A stretch of DNA of 63,671 nt, filler included, from Octopus bimaculoides (GCF_001194135.2; 7 parts of 6 records of this genome joined end to end with filler, not necessarily neighbours in it), one strand, 5' to 3'; counted from the first letter of the whole stretch, positions 37,721 to 52,346 are shown. Notes: a model not told the origin generated them from the letters alone. Program-made: numbers and translations.

Positions 37721-40489
37721 NNNNNNNNNNNNNNNNNNNNNNNNNNNNNNNNNNNNNNNNNNNNTTAATTAATTAANNNNNNNNNNNNNNNNNNNNNNNN
37801 NNNNNNNNNNNNNNNNNNNNGGTCAAACAGTGTATATTATTCTTTTATTTGCAAATTAATTGACCGTAACAGTTTTTCTACCTCCATTTTGAAGTGAGGT
37901 ATACATGCCCGCGGCCATAGGGGTCTGACTAGTCATCTATAAAGCTAAGCGTTTTATGAATGGAAAACCATTGGTCACTCTATGACCAGACATATATTTA
38001 ATTTCATGTAAATACATACATACAAATATCTGTGTGTGCGTGCGTGTGTGCGTGCGTGTATGTGTGTGTGTGTATGTGTGTGTGTGTGCGCGCGCGTGTG
38101 TGTGTGTGTGTGTGTGTGTGTGGATATATTTATTTAACCATATGCCATCCTAAGGACTACGGTTATTTCGCAGCCTTCCGATGTGATAATAATTTCAATG
38201 CATAATAAACTGTTTTACATGTCTTCACTAATATGCATGTTACGCAATATACAATGCAATTGTATATTTACAAACCAGTGTGGATAAAGAAATATACCCC
38301 CTCAGTATATATATGAATGTATATGCATGTATGTATGTATGTGTGTATGTATGTATGCATGTATGTATGTATGTATGTATGTCGGAACGTATGTATGTAT
38401 GCAGGTATATGAAAGAGAAGTGCGAAATCGTATTTGAAATGTTTGAATATATTATTCGAATGTAGATACAGCAACAATTCAAACCAGGGCTGTTTATTTG
38501 AGAGTATTGTTTTGTCTATAAGGATATATCTCCGGATAACAATGTATCGTCTTGTTATTGTCTCTCATAAAACATGACATGATATGATTCATCCCATTTT
38601 AAAACTATTTATTCACTGAAATCAATTTCGTCCAATGTGGATTTCTCATTTCGTTCATCATAAAACTACGAGGTGTGAATGTTGCAATGTTGTTACCCTT
38701 GACAATTCTCTATAAAATGTGCGAGTATCGCAATATTGATCCACTGGTTACCATAATATCTGCATTTAAACCATAATGCTAATGGAGTTTCAAGCATTTA
38801 TGTAGAATGAGTGTTGGTGTGACGCCTGTAGAGCAGCCTGAAATGAAATAATTTACACTTATACTCAACAAATGAACAGATAACAAATAAAATGAAATAT
38901 ATAACTCTTTATTTTCATTTAAATATTAAATCTAAAGGAACGACTCAAGCTATAGATAGCTTTAAATAAATTTTAATGTAATTTTGTTGAGTCACATATG
39001 TTAAAAGCTTTTCACAACCTCGAAATATGAGGGAACTTGTTATCAGATTCTTTTCATTGCGACCGGCGTAAACGCATTTATGAAAATTTTGCTGAAAGCC
39101 ATCAAAGAAATATTGCAACACCAGTTCCGGATTCAACGTGCCTGTTTTGTGATAGATTAGTTTTATATGTATAATAGCTTCATATAAAGAAACAGTGTAA
39201 GCCATCATTTTCTCCTCCATTTATGTACGTTTCGCTGTCTCACATAGTCATACGCTTCTCCCTCTCCTTCTTCTATTATTTCCCCTTTCATTTGGGAAAT
39301 GCCCCTATTCAACTTATTTGTTATAGTGTTTTTCAAAGCAGCAAACTTTTATAAAATGTCGTTCGGCTCAGAGTATTTCAATAAACAGAGTTCTTTCTTT
39401 CTATCCATCTTCAGAATCATACTATCGATGCTATACAATACCTAGCTGTGTGCTAGAAGCCTGATACTGAAAATGCTGATAAATTGCATTCTTTAGCGTT
39501 GTATTCTCAAAAGTCTAAAAGAAATCTAAAAGAAACAAGATATTTGGCATAATTTTCTAATCCAGTATAACGCGAACGAGTTATTTTTTTGTATCCATGT
39601 AAAAATATTAAAAATCCTAAAACCTAAAGCTCTCATTGATAAAATAGACAACAAAAATATGAGTACTCTGCGATTAAATATTTCACTTTGGGACTTTCAC
39701 AACTTATTTATATTAATTCACATTCATTTTAAAGATTGCTTCATAGATATTTCAGCTCAGAAAATATTTGAAAGCAGATGATTTATCGATTTTATCATTA
39801 TTTTAATTTCTGAAGAAATAGTGAAGTTTAGTGAAATATTAAGATACTGTATAGGGTTTGATAATACTAAATATTAATTTCATTGCAACAGGCCACAGAT
39901 AATAGTTGCTGAAGTGTTAATTAAATCAACCACGGGGCATATGTCGAGGGAATGAATCGATAAAAATACAAGAGTGTGAGAAATTATACGTTATAATATT
40001 CTATGACTGCTTTTTAGTTCAAATCCTGCGGAGGTCACTTTGTGTTCCACCATTCTAAGGTTGATGAAGTATCTGCCTAGGGAATTGGATAATCGGTTAG
40101 AGCACCATGTATTCTGGTACTTTGTGTTTCGAGTTCAGGTTACGCCTATACGACAATGACTAGGGCGATTCATTCGACTCAAAACTATCCAAAGCGGACA
40201 AAGATGCTTAATATAAACATATGTAAAGCTTGAATGGCATGCTAATGCAGAATCAAGCAATGGATCGAAAATGAAAGAATGGACGGAATATTTTATCGAG
40301 CCCAGAACGGTTTAAAGTCGACTGAGCAGAGTTTCAAGGCCGATAGTAACTAAATACCACGAAGAGTAATTTCTTCGTCGCTCTATTTACAGAGTTATCT
40401 ATCTTTCTGTGTTTATGCATGAATATATGTATGCGTATGCGCTAATGCGTATGTTGTGATGTGTATGTCCATATATTTATATTCTTCTA

Positions 40490-40681
40490 TGTTTTTTTAC
40501 TCGTTTCAGTTACTTGACTGCGGCCATGCAGGAGTACCTTAAAATGTTTTAGACGAAGAGGTCGGCCCGAGAACTTATTTTTGTAAAACTAGTACTTAGT
40601 CTATGGGTCTCTTTTACCGAACCGCTTAGTTACAGAGACATAAACACACTAGCATCGGTTGTCAGGCGATGGTGTGGGCAA

Positions 40682-40751
<70 letters not shown>

Positions 40752-40910
40752 ATGTATACGACGGACCTTTTCAATTTTCGCCTACCAAATCAACTCACAA
40801 GTCTTTGGTTGGCCCTAGGTTATAGTAGAAGAGTTTTACCGAAGGTGCCATGCAGTAGCACTGAACTCCAGACCCTTTGATTGGGAAGCAAGCTTCTTAC
40901 CTCATATCCA
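40490..40910 (-). mobile_element. Family-B SINE, full composite copy
   Basis: Reverse complement of 1593-2007, including the internal microsatellite. Confidence 0.85.
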
Positions 40911-40934
40911 GAGAATAACCTACCCAATCAACTA

Positions 40935-41313
40935 GCATAACTTTATAGCGGTTAATTTATAATTCATACATAGTGAAGTGTAATTAAAGTGAATACGTAA
41001 AGTCTCTTACAGCTGCTTCTAGAATAGCTAAGCATGTGAAGCATCAAGATTTCCAAGTAAGCTAACTATTCCGTTATCGGAGAGGGAGAAATAAGTGATG
41101 AATATCCTTAATCAAGGGTATTCATAATAGTTTTTCTTTATTTATTTCTCTCTCTCTGTTGGCGCTGCAGTTAGCTTACGTGGAAATCTTTACTCAGTAA
41201 TATATGCTGAGCATACTTAGCTATTCTGGAAACAGCTGTAAGAGTCTATACGTATTTACTATAACTACTCTACACTATGTTTTAATTATATATTAAATGC
41301 CCTAAAGTCATGC
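40935..41313. repeat. About 380-bp imperfect fold-back palindrome
   Basis: Paired blocks: tacgtaaagtctcttacagctg/cagctgtaagagtctatacgta, agaatagctaag/cttagctattct and gatttcc..taagctaact/agttagctta..ggaaatc. Centre near 41110. Confidence 0.85.
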
Positions 41314-41470
41314 CACAAGTTTTGCTCGTTTTTTCTTTATATCTAATATATATCTATCCGAATTTGCAGTTCAATCCGGAGTTTTAGTGCTGAACGAAAC
41401 GAACACTTACAGTACATACTTTTTAAATTACGTTATTAGAGGGCAATCATTTATATCTACTCTATGCTTC

Positions 41471-41524
<54 letters not shown>

Positions 41525-41675
41525 NNNNNNNNNNNNNNNNNNNNNNNNNNNNNNNNNNNNNNNNNNNNNNNNNNNNNNNNNNNNNNNNNNNNNNNNNNNN
41601 NNNNNNNNNNNNNNNNNNNNNNNNNNNNNNNNNNNNNNNNNNNNNNNNNNNNNNNNNNNNNNNNNNNNNNNNNNN

Positions 41676-41725
<50 letters not shown>

Positions 41726-41859
41726 AATATAAGCATATGTACATACATATATGTACATACCTATATATATATGTATATATGCATGCATATATGGGTACAG
41801 AACATTAAAAAAACGTTAAACACAATGAGAAACGAAAACATAGAAAACGAACTTTTTAT

Positions 41860-42250
41860 CGAACGAAAGAAACAAACAGAGAACCGAGACATGCAACATA
41901 AAGAGTATACCCCTTCGTCAGTTGTCCCTGTTTCATCTACTCCGTGTTTTGGAGGTAAGGACAATACACGACTTCGTTGAAACAGTCCTTCCGGCAAAGC
42001 AAATTAAATAAAATTTGAGATTTTTTGCGGAGTGTGAAAGTGTTAACAAGAACAGGACAGTGAGAACAAGACAGTAAAAACAAACAGTGAGGGCTGCTGA
42101 ACCAAGACAATGGAAAAGTTATTACGAACGCAAGGAGGACGAGCCATGACGGGAGACAGGCAAGGTACGTCTTATCTTTAGGAAGTAAATGGACAGAAAG
42201 ATAGATCCCCTTTTCGTTACGTGACAGCGACTAGAGAGTCAAGGAGGAAG
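41860..42250 (-). mobile_element. Possible Penelope-like terminal-repeat remnant
   Basis: Minus strand cctccaaaacacggag...gggacaactgacgaagggg parallels 15830-15875; very decayed. Confidence 0.35.
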
Positions 42251-42356
42251 AGTGAGAGAGAGAGAGAAAAGGGNNNNNNNNNNNNNNNNNNNNNNNNNNN
42301 NNNNNNNNNNNNNNNNNNNNNNNNNNNNNNNNNNNNNNNNNNNNNNNNNNNNNNNN

Positions 42357-42392
<36 letters not shown>

Positions 42393-44924
42393 CTACGCTC
42401 AGACATACACATGTGCGTGTATGTGTGTTTGCGTTTGAGAGTATACGAATATAATCACCTTGATATGTGCAAATTACATGAACCTCACAATGCTCTATCT
42501 GATGCAGCTACTTCTTAGCTCTACCAGCAACAGCTCCTGAAACAGGATATCAAGCAATGCTTTCTTCACAACGCTATGAATTGACCACCGATTTAGCGCT
42601 CTCCAAACTATGATTATTTTCGCTCTTCTGTCTGAAAAAGTTAAGTTTTCTCGAAATGTTAAAGTATCACCAAACAACCAGTGATGCACAATGCAATATA
42701 TTTTTTCATTTTGTCCTCATTCAATAACATCACGTTATATATTTTGCTTAAATCTCCCCCTACAGTGTTCAAATGCTTTTGAACACATCTCATTTATAAA
42801 ATATATAACAAAATTTAAATATTAAGGAATAAGAATGAACGAGCAATGAAGGGAATATAAATTAGTATTTATTGCAATGCGTGATTTGCAAAGGAGTTGG
42901 CGATTCAGGAATGTCAGTTAATAACTTGAAAGAGAAAGTGAAAAGTAGTGAAAGTTATTCATCCATAATATTAACAAAAAGGATAAGAGGTTGAAAATAT
43001 GGAATTAAGTAAGAAATAGAGAATCTAATATTAAATTATTGATCCACTTAATAGTGATCCTTTGATTCCCCACTTTATGAGGTACTTATACTTTTTCAAA
43101 GTTTTAGCAATTTGTAAAAATTTCTGATCTTTCAGTAAGATAACTTATAGAAGTGTTCACGGTTTTTAAATATGAAGTTCTTTACGTGCATCACGCGAGT
43201 ATATTCACTTTGTATCGAAATTAGAGGCAAGAGTTTCTCTTTAAATTTACCTAATTTACCTTCTACCATACATACTTGATGTTTTACAGACTATGTTACG
43301 TTTCTGCTTTCGTGAAGGTGTGACTTCTGCTTCAGATATGATCACTTCAGCGTTACTTGACTGATTAAGGTGCTTTCTTTGTAATTCAGGATGGATAGTT
43401 ACCCTCAGTTTATTAGTAGATCTACATTTTGTGTTCTTCCTATTCATTTTACGGTTGTTTCTATTAAATGTTTTTCTCTGAATCAACAGTGACTAAGAAA
43501 ATGTTTATCATCTAAAGCTACAATAGCAGTATTATGCTTAATGTTTATGTAAAAAAGAGGAATGGACTAGATAACACTGAGGTTTCACTCTTTAATCTTA
43601 ATACTCATGTAATGCTGAATCGATCATATATGAAGCAGAAGTGACATCTACCAAATCCGAAACGAATCACAGATCATGGATTTTAAATCGTTTATGCCCG
43701 TACAACCTAAATTAATTCTGATAGTTATCTTGGGATCATCATCAAATATTTCCGAAATATACTTATAGCATCTCCGTGTATATATTTTGACGTAGCCAAA
43801 CTATTATATACATGTAGTCGAATGTCTAATGTGGAAAATTTCTTCATTTGTGTGCCTATGCTGTTTGTTTGAGATGTTAGCATATCGCTCTTCATTAGAC
43901 CTCATATGGATGCCGATTTTTTAAATAACAGTCTTATTCTGGATTACATAGAGATTTGCCTTCATTGTATCGTTAATTTTTTTTTAATTTCGTTCAAGCA
44001 CTGTCACGTAATCACCAATATAAAGAATATGGCTCGGTATGATCAACATTAATATTTTTCGCTGTGTAGGTCCAACTTGGTCATCAGCATTTTGTCTTTT
44101 ACACACACACTTTATTCCAAACTATGTCACCTAATACTTCTTTTCTATTTTCTTAACCCATACTTTTAAACAAGAGGTTTATGTATATAAAGCCTTTATG
44201 TTGGCTCAAGAAAGCAACTCATTACATAGATATTAGTAGAGGTAGATTCATTTTTTGAATAAATAAAGGAATTTAAGATAAATAAAAAACAATAAATAAT
44301 TTTTTAAAAAAACGAAATACGAAAATAAAATTTGAAAGGAAGAATATAACTGAAGTAGTATGGGGAATTGTATGATGCAGCTGCAGTAGTATGCCAAAGT
44401 AATGGAGTCAGGTGTAAAGGAAAATTTTAATTGAAGAGAGGTGTAACAATAATGCAAAATCATACCTGACTGATTTGTCGTTATTGTTAGTAAGATAGTT
44501 GAAGCTTTATATCTCATAAAATAAGTGTGCATTTAAACACTTAAATTTAATAAATACTACATAATCTGTATGTATAGACATCAAAAAAAAAAATATTTCA
44601 GAATATGTGCTACAGAGAGCTAATTGGATCTATTCAATATATCGAGTATGTTCATATATCAAGAAGATATAGCACTGCATTGCAATATGTAACATTGTTT
44701 TGCATTATAAAGCATGATTTATATGATTTAATTTAATAAGTAATCAGGCGATACAAATATTTATAATCTCTGGTATTGTATTTCGGTTGAAAACACCACA
44801 AATGAGGTATATATTCTGTCTTTCTCATTTCTAGATGAGTATGCATGCAACATATGGATTTTTGCAATTCTAAAATGAGTAATCTGATACAATGCTAATT
44901 TTAGTGTCCATGCATAATGAGAAG

Positions 44925-45360
44925 ACGGTGAGCTGGCAGAATCACTTGGATGCAGAGCAAAATACTTGATGGCATTTCGTCCGTCTTTAAGATCTGTGTT
45001 CAAATTCCACCAAGATCGATTTTGCCTCCCATCCTTTCGGGGTCTATAAAATAAGTTGAGCACTGGGGTCTATGAAATTGACTTATTCACGTAAGTGCTG
45101 GCATTGTGCCAAAATTTGAAAACAGTACTTACACATAATGTGAAGGCGACGGGCTGGCAGAAGCGATAGTCACCCGGACAAAATGCTTTGCGGCATTTCA
45201 CTCGTCTTAACGTACTGAGTTCAAACTCCACCGGGGTCGATTTGCTTTTCATTATTTCGGGGTCGATAAAATAAGCACCTGTTGAGCACTGGGGGTGGTG
45301 TCTATGTAATCAACTTACCACTTCTCTCGAAATTGCTGGCCTCGTGCGAAAATTTGAATT
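44925..45360 (+). mobile_element. Two tandem family-A SINE copies
   Basis: Two head-core-tail units, about 44925-45122 and 45143-45360. Confidence 0.85.
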
Positions 45361-45489
45361 CAGTATCTTTACATAATGTTAACAGCATGTATTGATGTTT
45401 AACAGTAAACATATTCTTAATTAACTCTGCCTCAAGACAGTGACAACTATCATGGTATTTATAACAATAGCCAAGATGGAGCAGTGTAT

Positions 45490-45812
45490 CTATTGGATTC
45501 AAATTCTGAAACGAGGTCAGTAATTTCGGGGGTTGAAACGGGGGTTGCATATACTGGATTCAAATTCTGGAACGAGGTCAGTAACTTCGGGGCTTGGAAC
45601 GGGGGTTGCATATACTGGATTGAAATTCTGGAACGAAGTCATAAACTTCAGAAATCGAATACTACTGACCACAGTGCTCAACTGGTGCTTATTTCATCGA
45701 AGGGAACAGAGGTAAAGTCGACCTTGCCGGAAACACAGAACGCAAAGACGGAAGAAATGCTGCCAAACATTATCCCCCGTGTGCTGACGAACATGCCAAG
45801 TCCGCCGCTTTA
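45490..45812 (-). mobile_element. Family-A SINE with 3' tail amplified as a 61-bp tandem repeat
   Basis: Head and core at 45660-45812 (-). The tggatt unit starts at 45494, 45555 and 45616. Confidence 0.8.
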
Positions 45813-45966
45813 GAGAGAATCGTATATATTACGGACGCTCTCTCTCTCTCTTTCCCTCTGTCTTTCTATGTGCTTCTTTCCCTCTCTTTGATGGAGGAGA
45901 ACAATATGTGTATTGAGTTCTAATACTAGGTTATCAGTATGGCTGCGCCAAAGTAAAATAAAACTA

Positions 45967-45968
<2 letters not shown>

Positions 45969-46021
<53 letters not shown>
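45969..46021. repeat. (TAA)n microsatellite
   Basis: Direct. Confidence 0.97.
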
Positions 46022-46022
<1 letters not shown>

Positions 46023-46303
46023 GCACCAATTATCATAAAATACACAGAGCACTCAATGAACAAATGGCAGACAGTGCTACAGCTCCAAACAAAAGAGGGA
46101 CTTGTGAAAACCAAAGCCATCCCCATTAGAAGAGGAATATTCCAGGAAGACACGCGCTCTCCACTCCTGTTCTGCCTGGCACTCACACCTTTAACTGAAT
46201 TGCTAAATAGAACTGGATGCGGTTACAAATGCTACGGAAAAACAGTCAGCCACCTTCTATATATGGATGACCTAAAATTATATGCAAAAAACGACAAAGA
46301 GCT
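46022..46303 (+). mobile_element. R4/Dong-like LINE RT fragment
   Basis: IRRGIFQEDTRSPLLFCLALTPL and VSHLLYMDDLKLYAKN; starts directly after (TAA)n and ends at a gap. Confidence 0.88.
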
Positions 46304-46682
46304 NNNNNNNNNNNNNNNNNNNNNNNNNNNNNNNNNNNNNNNNNNNNTTAATTAATTAANNNNNNNNNNNNNNNNNNNNNNNNNNNNNNNNNNNNNNNNN
46401 NNNATACCGGAAGAAATCCCTAATTACCTCCCCCTATCTAGAACTCTTCTTTTCAGACTGGAGCGAACACATGTTACAATGATGTAGAGAAATTTGAAAA
46501 GACAACACGAAACCGGTTATTTCTCAAAATACAATGTTTATATACCAAAAATACTTTATAACATTTTTCTGACATAATTTAAATAGATACTTTAACCATG
46601 TAACACAAGCCTTCTGTAGTTTTTTCACTCTTATTATCTTTTATACATCCAACCACGTGCTTTCACATACCAACTTTCTCAC

Positions 46683-46717
<35 letters not shown>

Positions 46718-47772
46718 TATATGCATACATATTGTTATGTCTCAAACTACTGCTATCTAGCACCTTCGGATGATATCTACTCAACCGCTACACACATGCT
46801 ACTCGACTGCTACTCAACACACCTACCACGGCCAGACTACCTCTATTTATATGTCTTGGAAGATCCTGCTTCGTCGCCTGAGGGCGTGACACAACACATA
46901 CATAGAAAGATAGGGAGAGCGAGAGAGTAACGTTGAGTAGCATAGTTGAATAATTGTCATCAAACAGCAGGTGCACTTCAGAAGGCATCTGCAAATGTAG
47001 ATTTAGGTATCTTATACAGTTACACTATTAAATCAACCATAGAATGTTTCAGTTATACCCATTACAACTTATATTAAAGCGAATTTATTCTTACCACCGG
47101 GCTTTCATTCATGAGAAATATATCTGTGCATATGTTTAATTACATTCAACGATTTGCTATCGTAAACAAAACATTTTTTCTTGAATATGTTTTAGCATTT
47201 CTTCTCTGATTACAATCAAATGATTTGGCTGCTTCTTACGATCCTAATTTTCCCCTGTAAATGTATTGCTTGTGACTTGTTCTTACAAGCAATATTCATT
47301 AATCAAATAGCATAAGCAATATCATTTGCCATTCATTAATTGTTTATACAAAACAAAAAGGGGGAAAAATGATACACCCTCTACACAATCTAATCACAAA
47401 TAAGTATCGCATTCAAGCAGAGGGTCAAGGTCTTAGGAGAGTGATAAGCTGAGGAGGTTGATCAGAGATATGTGAGAACTGAGGAAGATCAGAAACTGCG
47501 GATAGTAATTATAAAGAGACTTGGAGGATGTATTTTACATCTGTTAACTGGAAGGATTCGCTACCATTTAAAAGGTCTAGCAATTTTACAAGCATACATA
47601 TATACAGTCATGCACGGCTGTATATGTATATCGATATATATGCGTATATAACATCAGAATACTTTATTTATATTTATTTATCATTCAAAGAAGTTGACTG
47701 TTAAATCTCACCTTTAATGGATACAATAGATTGTGGAAGTTGTAGAGATAATTTTATGAACAGGCTATATAC

Positions 47773-47830
<58 letters not shown>

Positions 47831-48254
47831 GTATATATATGTATATATATATATATACACACTTATACATGTTTGTTTGTTTTTATGCATAGGTGAATGT
47901 CCTAAAAATAATGGGTTTATTGAATGGCTTTTTCTTGCAGAGCTAATATGATTTTCAAATTTGTCGGAGAGGTGATTATTGATCCAGCGATACATTAGGT
48001 GGCTTCACCAGAATGGGTGGGGCTGCTTCACAAACTATGATTATTATGAACTACTACGTTTGATAGAGGATCAAAAACAAGAAACATCTCTTACAAAACA
48101 TAAAACACCATAATCATTCTTTAGAATGAAGAAGTGGGGAATATCAGGGTATAGTCGTAGGAAATAGATTATGTCATTTGACAGTAAAATAATTACGTAA
48201 AGAGTGATGGCAAAGACAATTTTAGCATTTACAGAAAAAAAAAACAATGGAAAA

Positions 48255-48870
48255 TATAAAGCGCCAACAGATGGCAGCACACGGTTGCGTGCACAGTGAG
48301 AACTAGCAATGCTCTTCCTATAAGTCAGTGTACCGAGTGACATTGCAGTGTTTACTTCGCAATTTGTGAAATTTGTGTCTTGTGATTATGTATATGCTTT
48401 ATTTTGCGATTTCCTCATGGACAGGAACAAAGAGCCAACGTGAAATGTTGCATTAAACTTGGGAAGTCTTTTATAGAGACATTGAGCATGCTTCGGAAAG
48501 TTTAAAATGAAAAGGTAATGGGTCGTACGCAATGCTTCAAGTGGCACGGGCGCTTCAGAATACGATGAACAATCTGGAAGTCCTGCCACAAGCTTCACCC
48601 TGTCCCCGGATGTGGGGTATTCTGCATCAAGTATTCATACACCCAACCCAAGGTCAAACCATCAATCGAGAGTTTAACTGCGAGATGAAACTGCAGCTCG
48701 AAGGTCACCGTTGTCGAGATCCAGAGCGAATCGCAGAAGGTCCTCGAATCACGTACGGAAATAACCTACCGCCGGATTCGAAAAGTGGTAGGAAGGCTGG
48801 GACCGGTGTATTGCTGCACAAGGTAACTATTTCGATGATGATGTTAAAACTTCGATAAATAAGTTATTTT
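48255..48870 (+). mobile_element. Tc1/mariner transposase remnant, internally deleted
   Basis: EQRANVKCCIKLGKSFIETLSML..MGRTQCFKWHGRF (mariner N-terminal HTH region), GILHQVF..GQTIN and a C-terminal WDRCIAAQGNYF-like segment (ctgggaccggtgtattgctgcacaaggtaactatttc). Confidence 0.8.
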
Positions 48871-48879
48871 TATTAAATA

Positions 48880-48907
48880 CTAGCAGAGCAACCCGGCGTT
48901 GCCCGGG
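48880..48907 (-). mobile_element. Helitron-type 3' terminus (hairpin + CTAG)
   Basis: Minus strand reads cccgg-gcaacg-ccggg, an 8-nt spacer, then CTAG followed by T. Confidence 0.65.
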
Positions 48908-49117
48908 AATGAAATTGTTGCTTATATACTGGAAGGAAAAAAGCAAAATATGCTGTATGGAAATCTGAGGACATTCTGTAGATGAACTTTCAGATGAATG
49001 ATGACTGGGCACCTCTCNNNNNNNNNNNNNNNNNNNNNNNNNNNNNNNNNNNNNNNNNNNNTTAATTAATTAANNNNNNNNNNNNNNNNNNNNNNNNNNN
49101 NNNNNNNNNNNNNNNNN

Positions 49118-49158
<41 letters not shown>

Positions 49159-50857
49159 ATGTAGATAGATAGATAGATAGACATATAGATAGATAGACAG
49201 ATAGATAGATAGATAGATAGATATAGGTACAGATAGATGCATATAAGAATAGGTATGTATATATGCTTTTCTGGTGTATGTGTGTGTAGGGGTTTGCTGA
49301 TTTAGAAATATCTGTTATGATATGATACTGTTTATAGCAACCTAAAATTATTTGGTCGATCATTAAATATATTTTAGTAGAGTATATATAAATAAAGTTT
49401 CAGAAGAAAACTGTTGAGAGTGACTTTGAATTGTCGGGTCAACAAACATCTATAGATGTTTGTTGCAAAACCGATACTTTGAAATCACTTTGAAGTCACA
49501 CAATTCAAATGTACACACATACGTACACACACACAGAAGTTTAAAGTCGGTCTCGGACCAATAGGCCAATAAGGTCAGCGGTTAAACCGGTTCCTGCGGA
49601 AATTATGCGATTGAATGTAGAAAACTCACTTGTGAACGGAACGCCAATCACTCTCAACTTGATGCGCACCACCTATCGCTGTCAATTATTTTATGTTTTG
49701 TAGACTGAGCTAAGATGAGTTGAAGTGCTCAATGATACAACTTATGACCTTGTCCAGAAATTCAATGTTTCTAACCATGAACTAAACATCCGCATCGTGA
49801 GGACACAAGCTCGGATGCATACACGTACGTTCCTTCTGCTAATCAATATAAATGTGTTTTCTAATATTGTCTCGATTATATATCACAAGCTATTGAAATT
49901 AATACGATTATTTCTGATATTGATTGCATAATTATTTTAATACATTATTACTACTTTTTACATTATTATATTTGTCTCCATTTATCGCACCAACAGAGTT
50001 CAAACGCCACTATTGTCTATAAAGAAACATTATTGTATCCATGCAATCCATTGCAGATATTGCGAAAGTCTTGGATTATGTGTGTTCTGTAACAGCGCTG
50101 TGGTGCAAATAGTTGTTATTATTAAACATATTGAGCGTTCAGGTGTTAAATTGTAAAAGATAACATAAATTAGAGTTAACGTAAATTTAATAGGGCTGTT
50201 TCTTTGATATAATATTATTGCGTGACCCGATTGTGTAACTTTATGTGCTAATAGGTATTAAAACTATTATTGTATGATATATACTTTATGCATGAGAGAT
50301 AAATGTTTCCAAAAAATAATATGACATTAATAAACCAATAAATCACTAAATTTTAAAATTTTGTTTTAATCTGGCTTGAGTGTTATTATTTGTTTGTTTC
50401 CTTCATAGGCTATTAGAGAAATAATAAAATATATTAGGTATAGATAATATCATGTAATGCATAATAAGAAATATAATGTTTTAAATGCCTCTTGAGGACA
50501 GCAAGCAAACATTTTATATTCATTTCATTGTAATAATAATTCATAACGCTTAATTTGATAAAGAAGCTATGGTACATAAAGCGACGTAGACTTGCAGGTA
50601 TATAATGATGCTATATGTTACATTAGAATGCAAATATAAATCATTTTCACGTAATTATATATGAAGTTTACTTAAAATGTAGAAAGTACTGCAATTTCTT
50701 TTTCAAAATATCAACATCTTGAGGGCAAGTGAATTCATTTTCTTGACATATGTATTTTATATGAGTACAATCTTCAATATACTATCTCTGTATTCATCAC
50801 TGAGATTCATGGACTGATGCATGAATATACGCATTGACGCAATTACTCAGGTATACA

Positions 50858-50928
<71 letters not shown>

Positions 50929-50946
50929 ATCTGTCTATCTATCTAT

Positions 50947-50990
<44 letters not shown>

Positions 50991-52026
50991 TCTACTTTTC
51001 GATTTCATATATACAATCGCCCTCCATAATTTTTTAATATCGATTACATAACCGATCATAATAGTCGGAGTTACTGATATTAAAATCTAAAAGAGTAGAC
51101 TCTTCAAAAATGAAGTCACTAAATTATTATGTTCACAAAAAAAAAGACGAAAAAGAACGTAGTGTATCTTTATTACAATTGAATTTTAATTTCATGTCTT
51201 ACCAACTAAATTATATTTTTATAGCATATTCATAATATTCATTTAACTTAAAGTTAAAATTATATGCATGCCTAAAACTAAAATTGTGACAAATATGATA
51301 TATATATATATATTAACAATATTCGAAATACATCAGAGTAGTCTTTCTCATGCTAAACACAAATCTGGTGGAGTTTGACTCACGTGATCCTGGTGAATGG
51401 AAAACCATAGATCAACTGAATCGTTCCTATGCAGTGATCCTTCGCCATATCGCGGTTCACCTATCGTGGTTTATTATTTAAGCTTACGTCGATTCCTCTG
51501 TGGTTTTGTTTTGCATTTATAATAAAATAAATATATACAAATTATAAAAATGAAAAAAAAAAAATAGTACAATACTGCTTCTACTTCGAGGGTTTTCACC
51601 TGTCGAGTGGTATTTCGGAACGTAACACCAGCGATGGTCGAAGGATTGCTGTAATTGGAACAAATACACTCCCTCTACGTGTTTTGAATTATAAAATCAC
51701 AAGCAAGAGATATAATTCTATTTATAAGAGATGATCAAAATTTTTGAATAATATAGTTACTGCTGACTGAAGGTGATAGTATAAAGCCCAATGTTGAAAT
51801 CTACACATACTTTCAGACACTACACTGAGTAAAAACTCTAGAGCTAGACCACGATCCCACTGTGCTCCAATCAAAACGATTTAAAATACATCTTGCAGAC
51901 ACTGTGTTTCCAGTTTCGTTATTTTATTTTATCAAACTTTCCAACCATGAACACATAATAAACTGGCACGCGTGCATAAACACACAAGCAGAAACACTTA
52001 TATATACATATATGTAAATATATATA

Positions 52027-52094
<68 letters not shown>

Positions 52095-52280
52095 TGTGTG
52101 TATGTGTGTGTGTAAGTGTGTGTGTGNNNNNNNNNNNNNNNNNNNNNNNNNNNNNNNNNNNNNNNNNNNNTTAATTAATTAANNNNNNNNNNNNNNNNNN
52201 NNNNNNNNNNNNNNNNNNNNNNNNNNTATATATATATATATATATACATGTGTGTGTATATTCACAAATATCTGCATTGT

Positions 52281-52346
<66 letters not shown>

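Noticed and set aside
38945-39220. Mariner C-terminus-like ORF (FFDGFQQNFHKCVYAG)
   Set aside because: The resemblance is weak and the TIR-like sequence is in an inconsistent orientation.
41900-42000. Hammerhead in the 41.9-kb remnant
   Set aside because: It has ctgacga, but no GAAA follows a stem II and no stem I pairs; too degenerate.
43256-43486. 76-aa minus-strand ORF with plausible splice sites
   Set aside because: No recognisable homology, and it overlaps an arm of a decayed inverted repeat.
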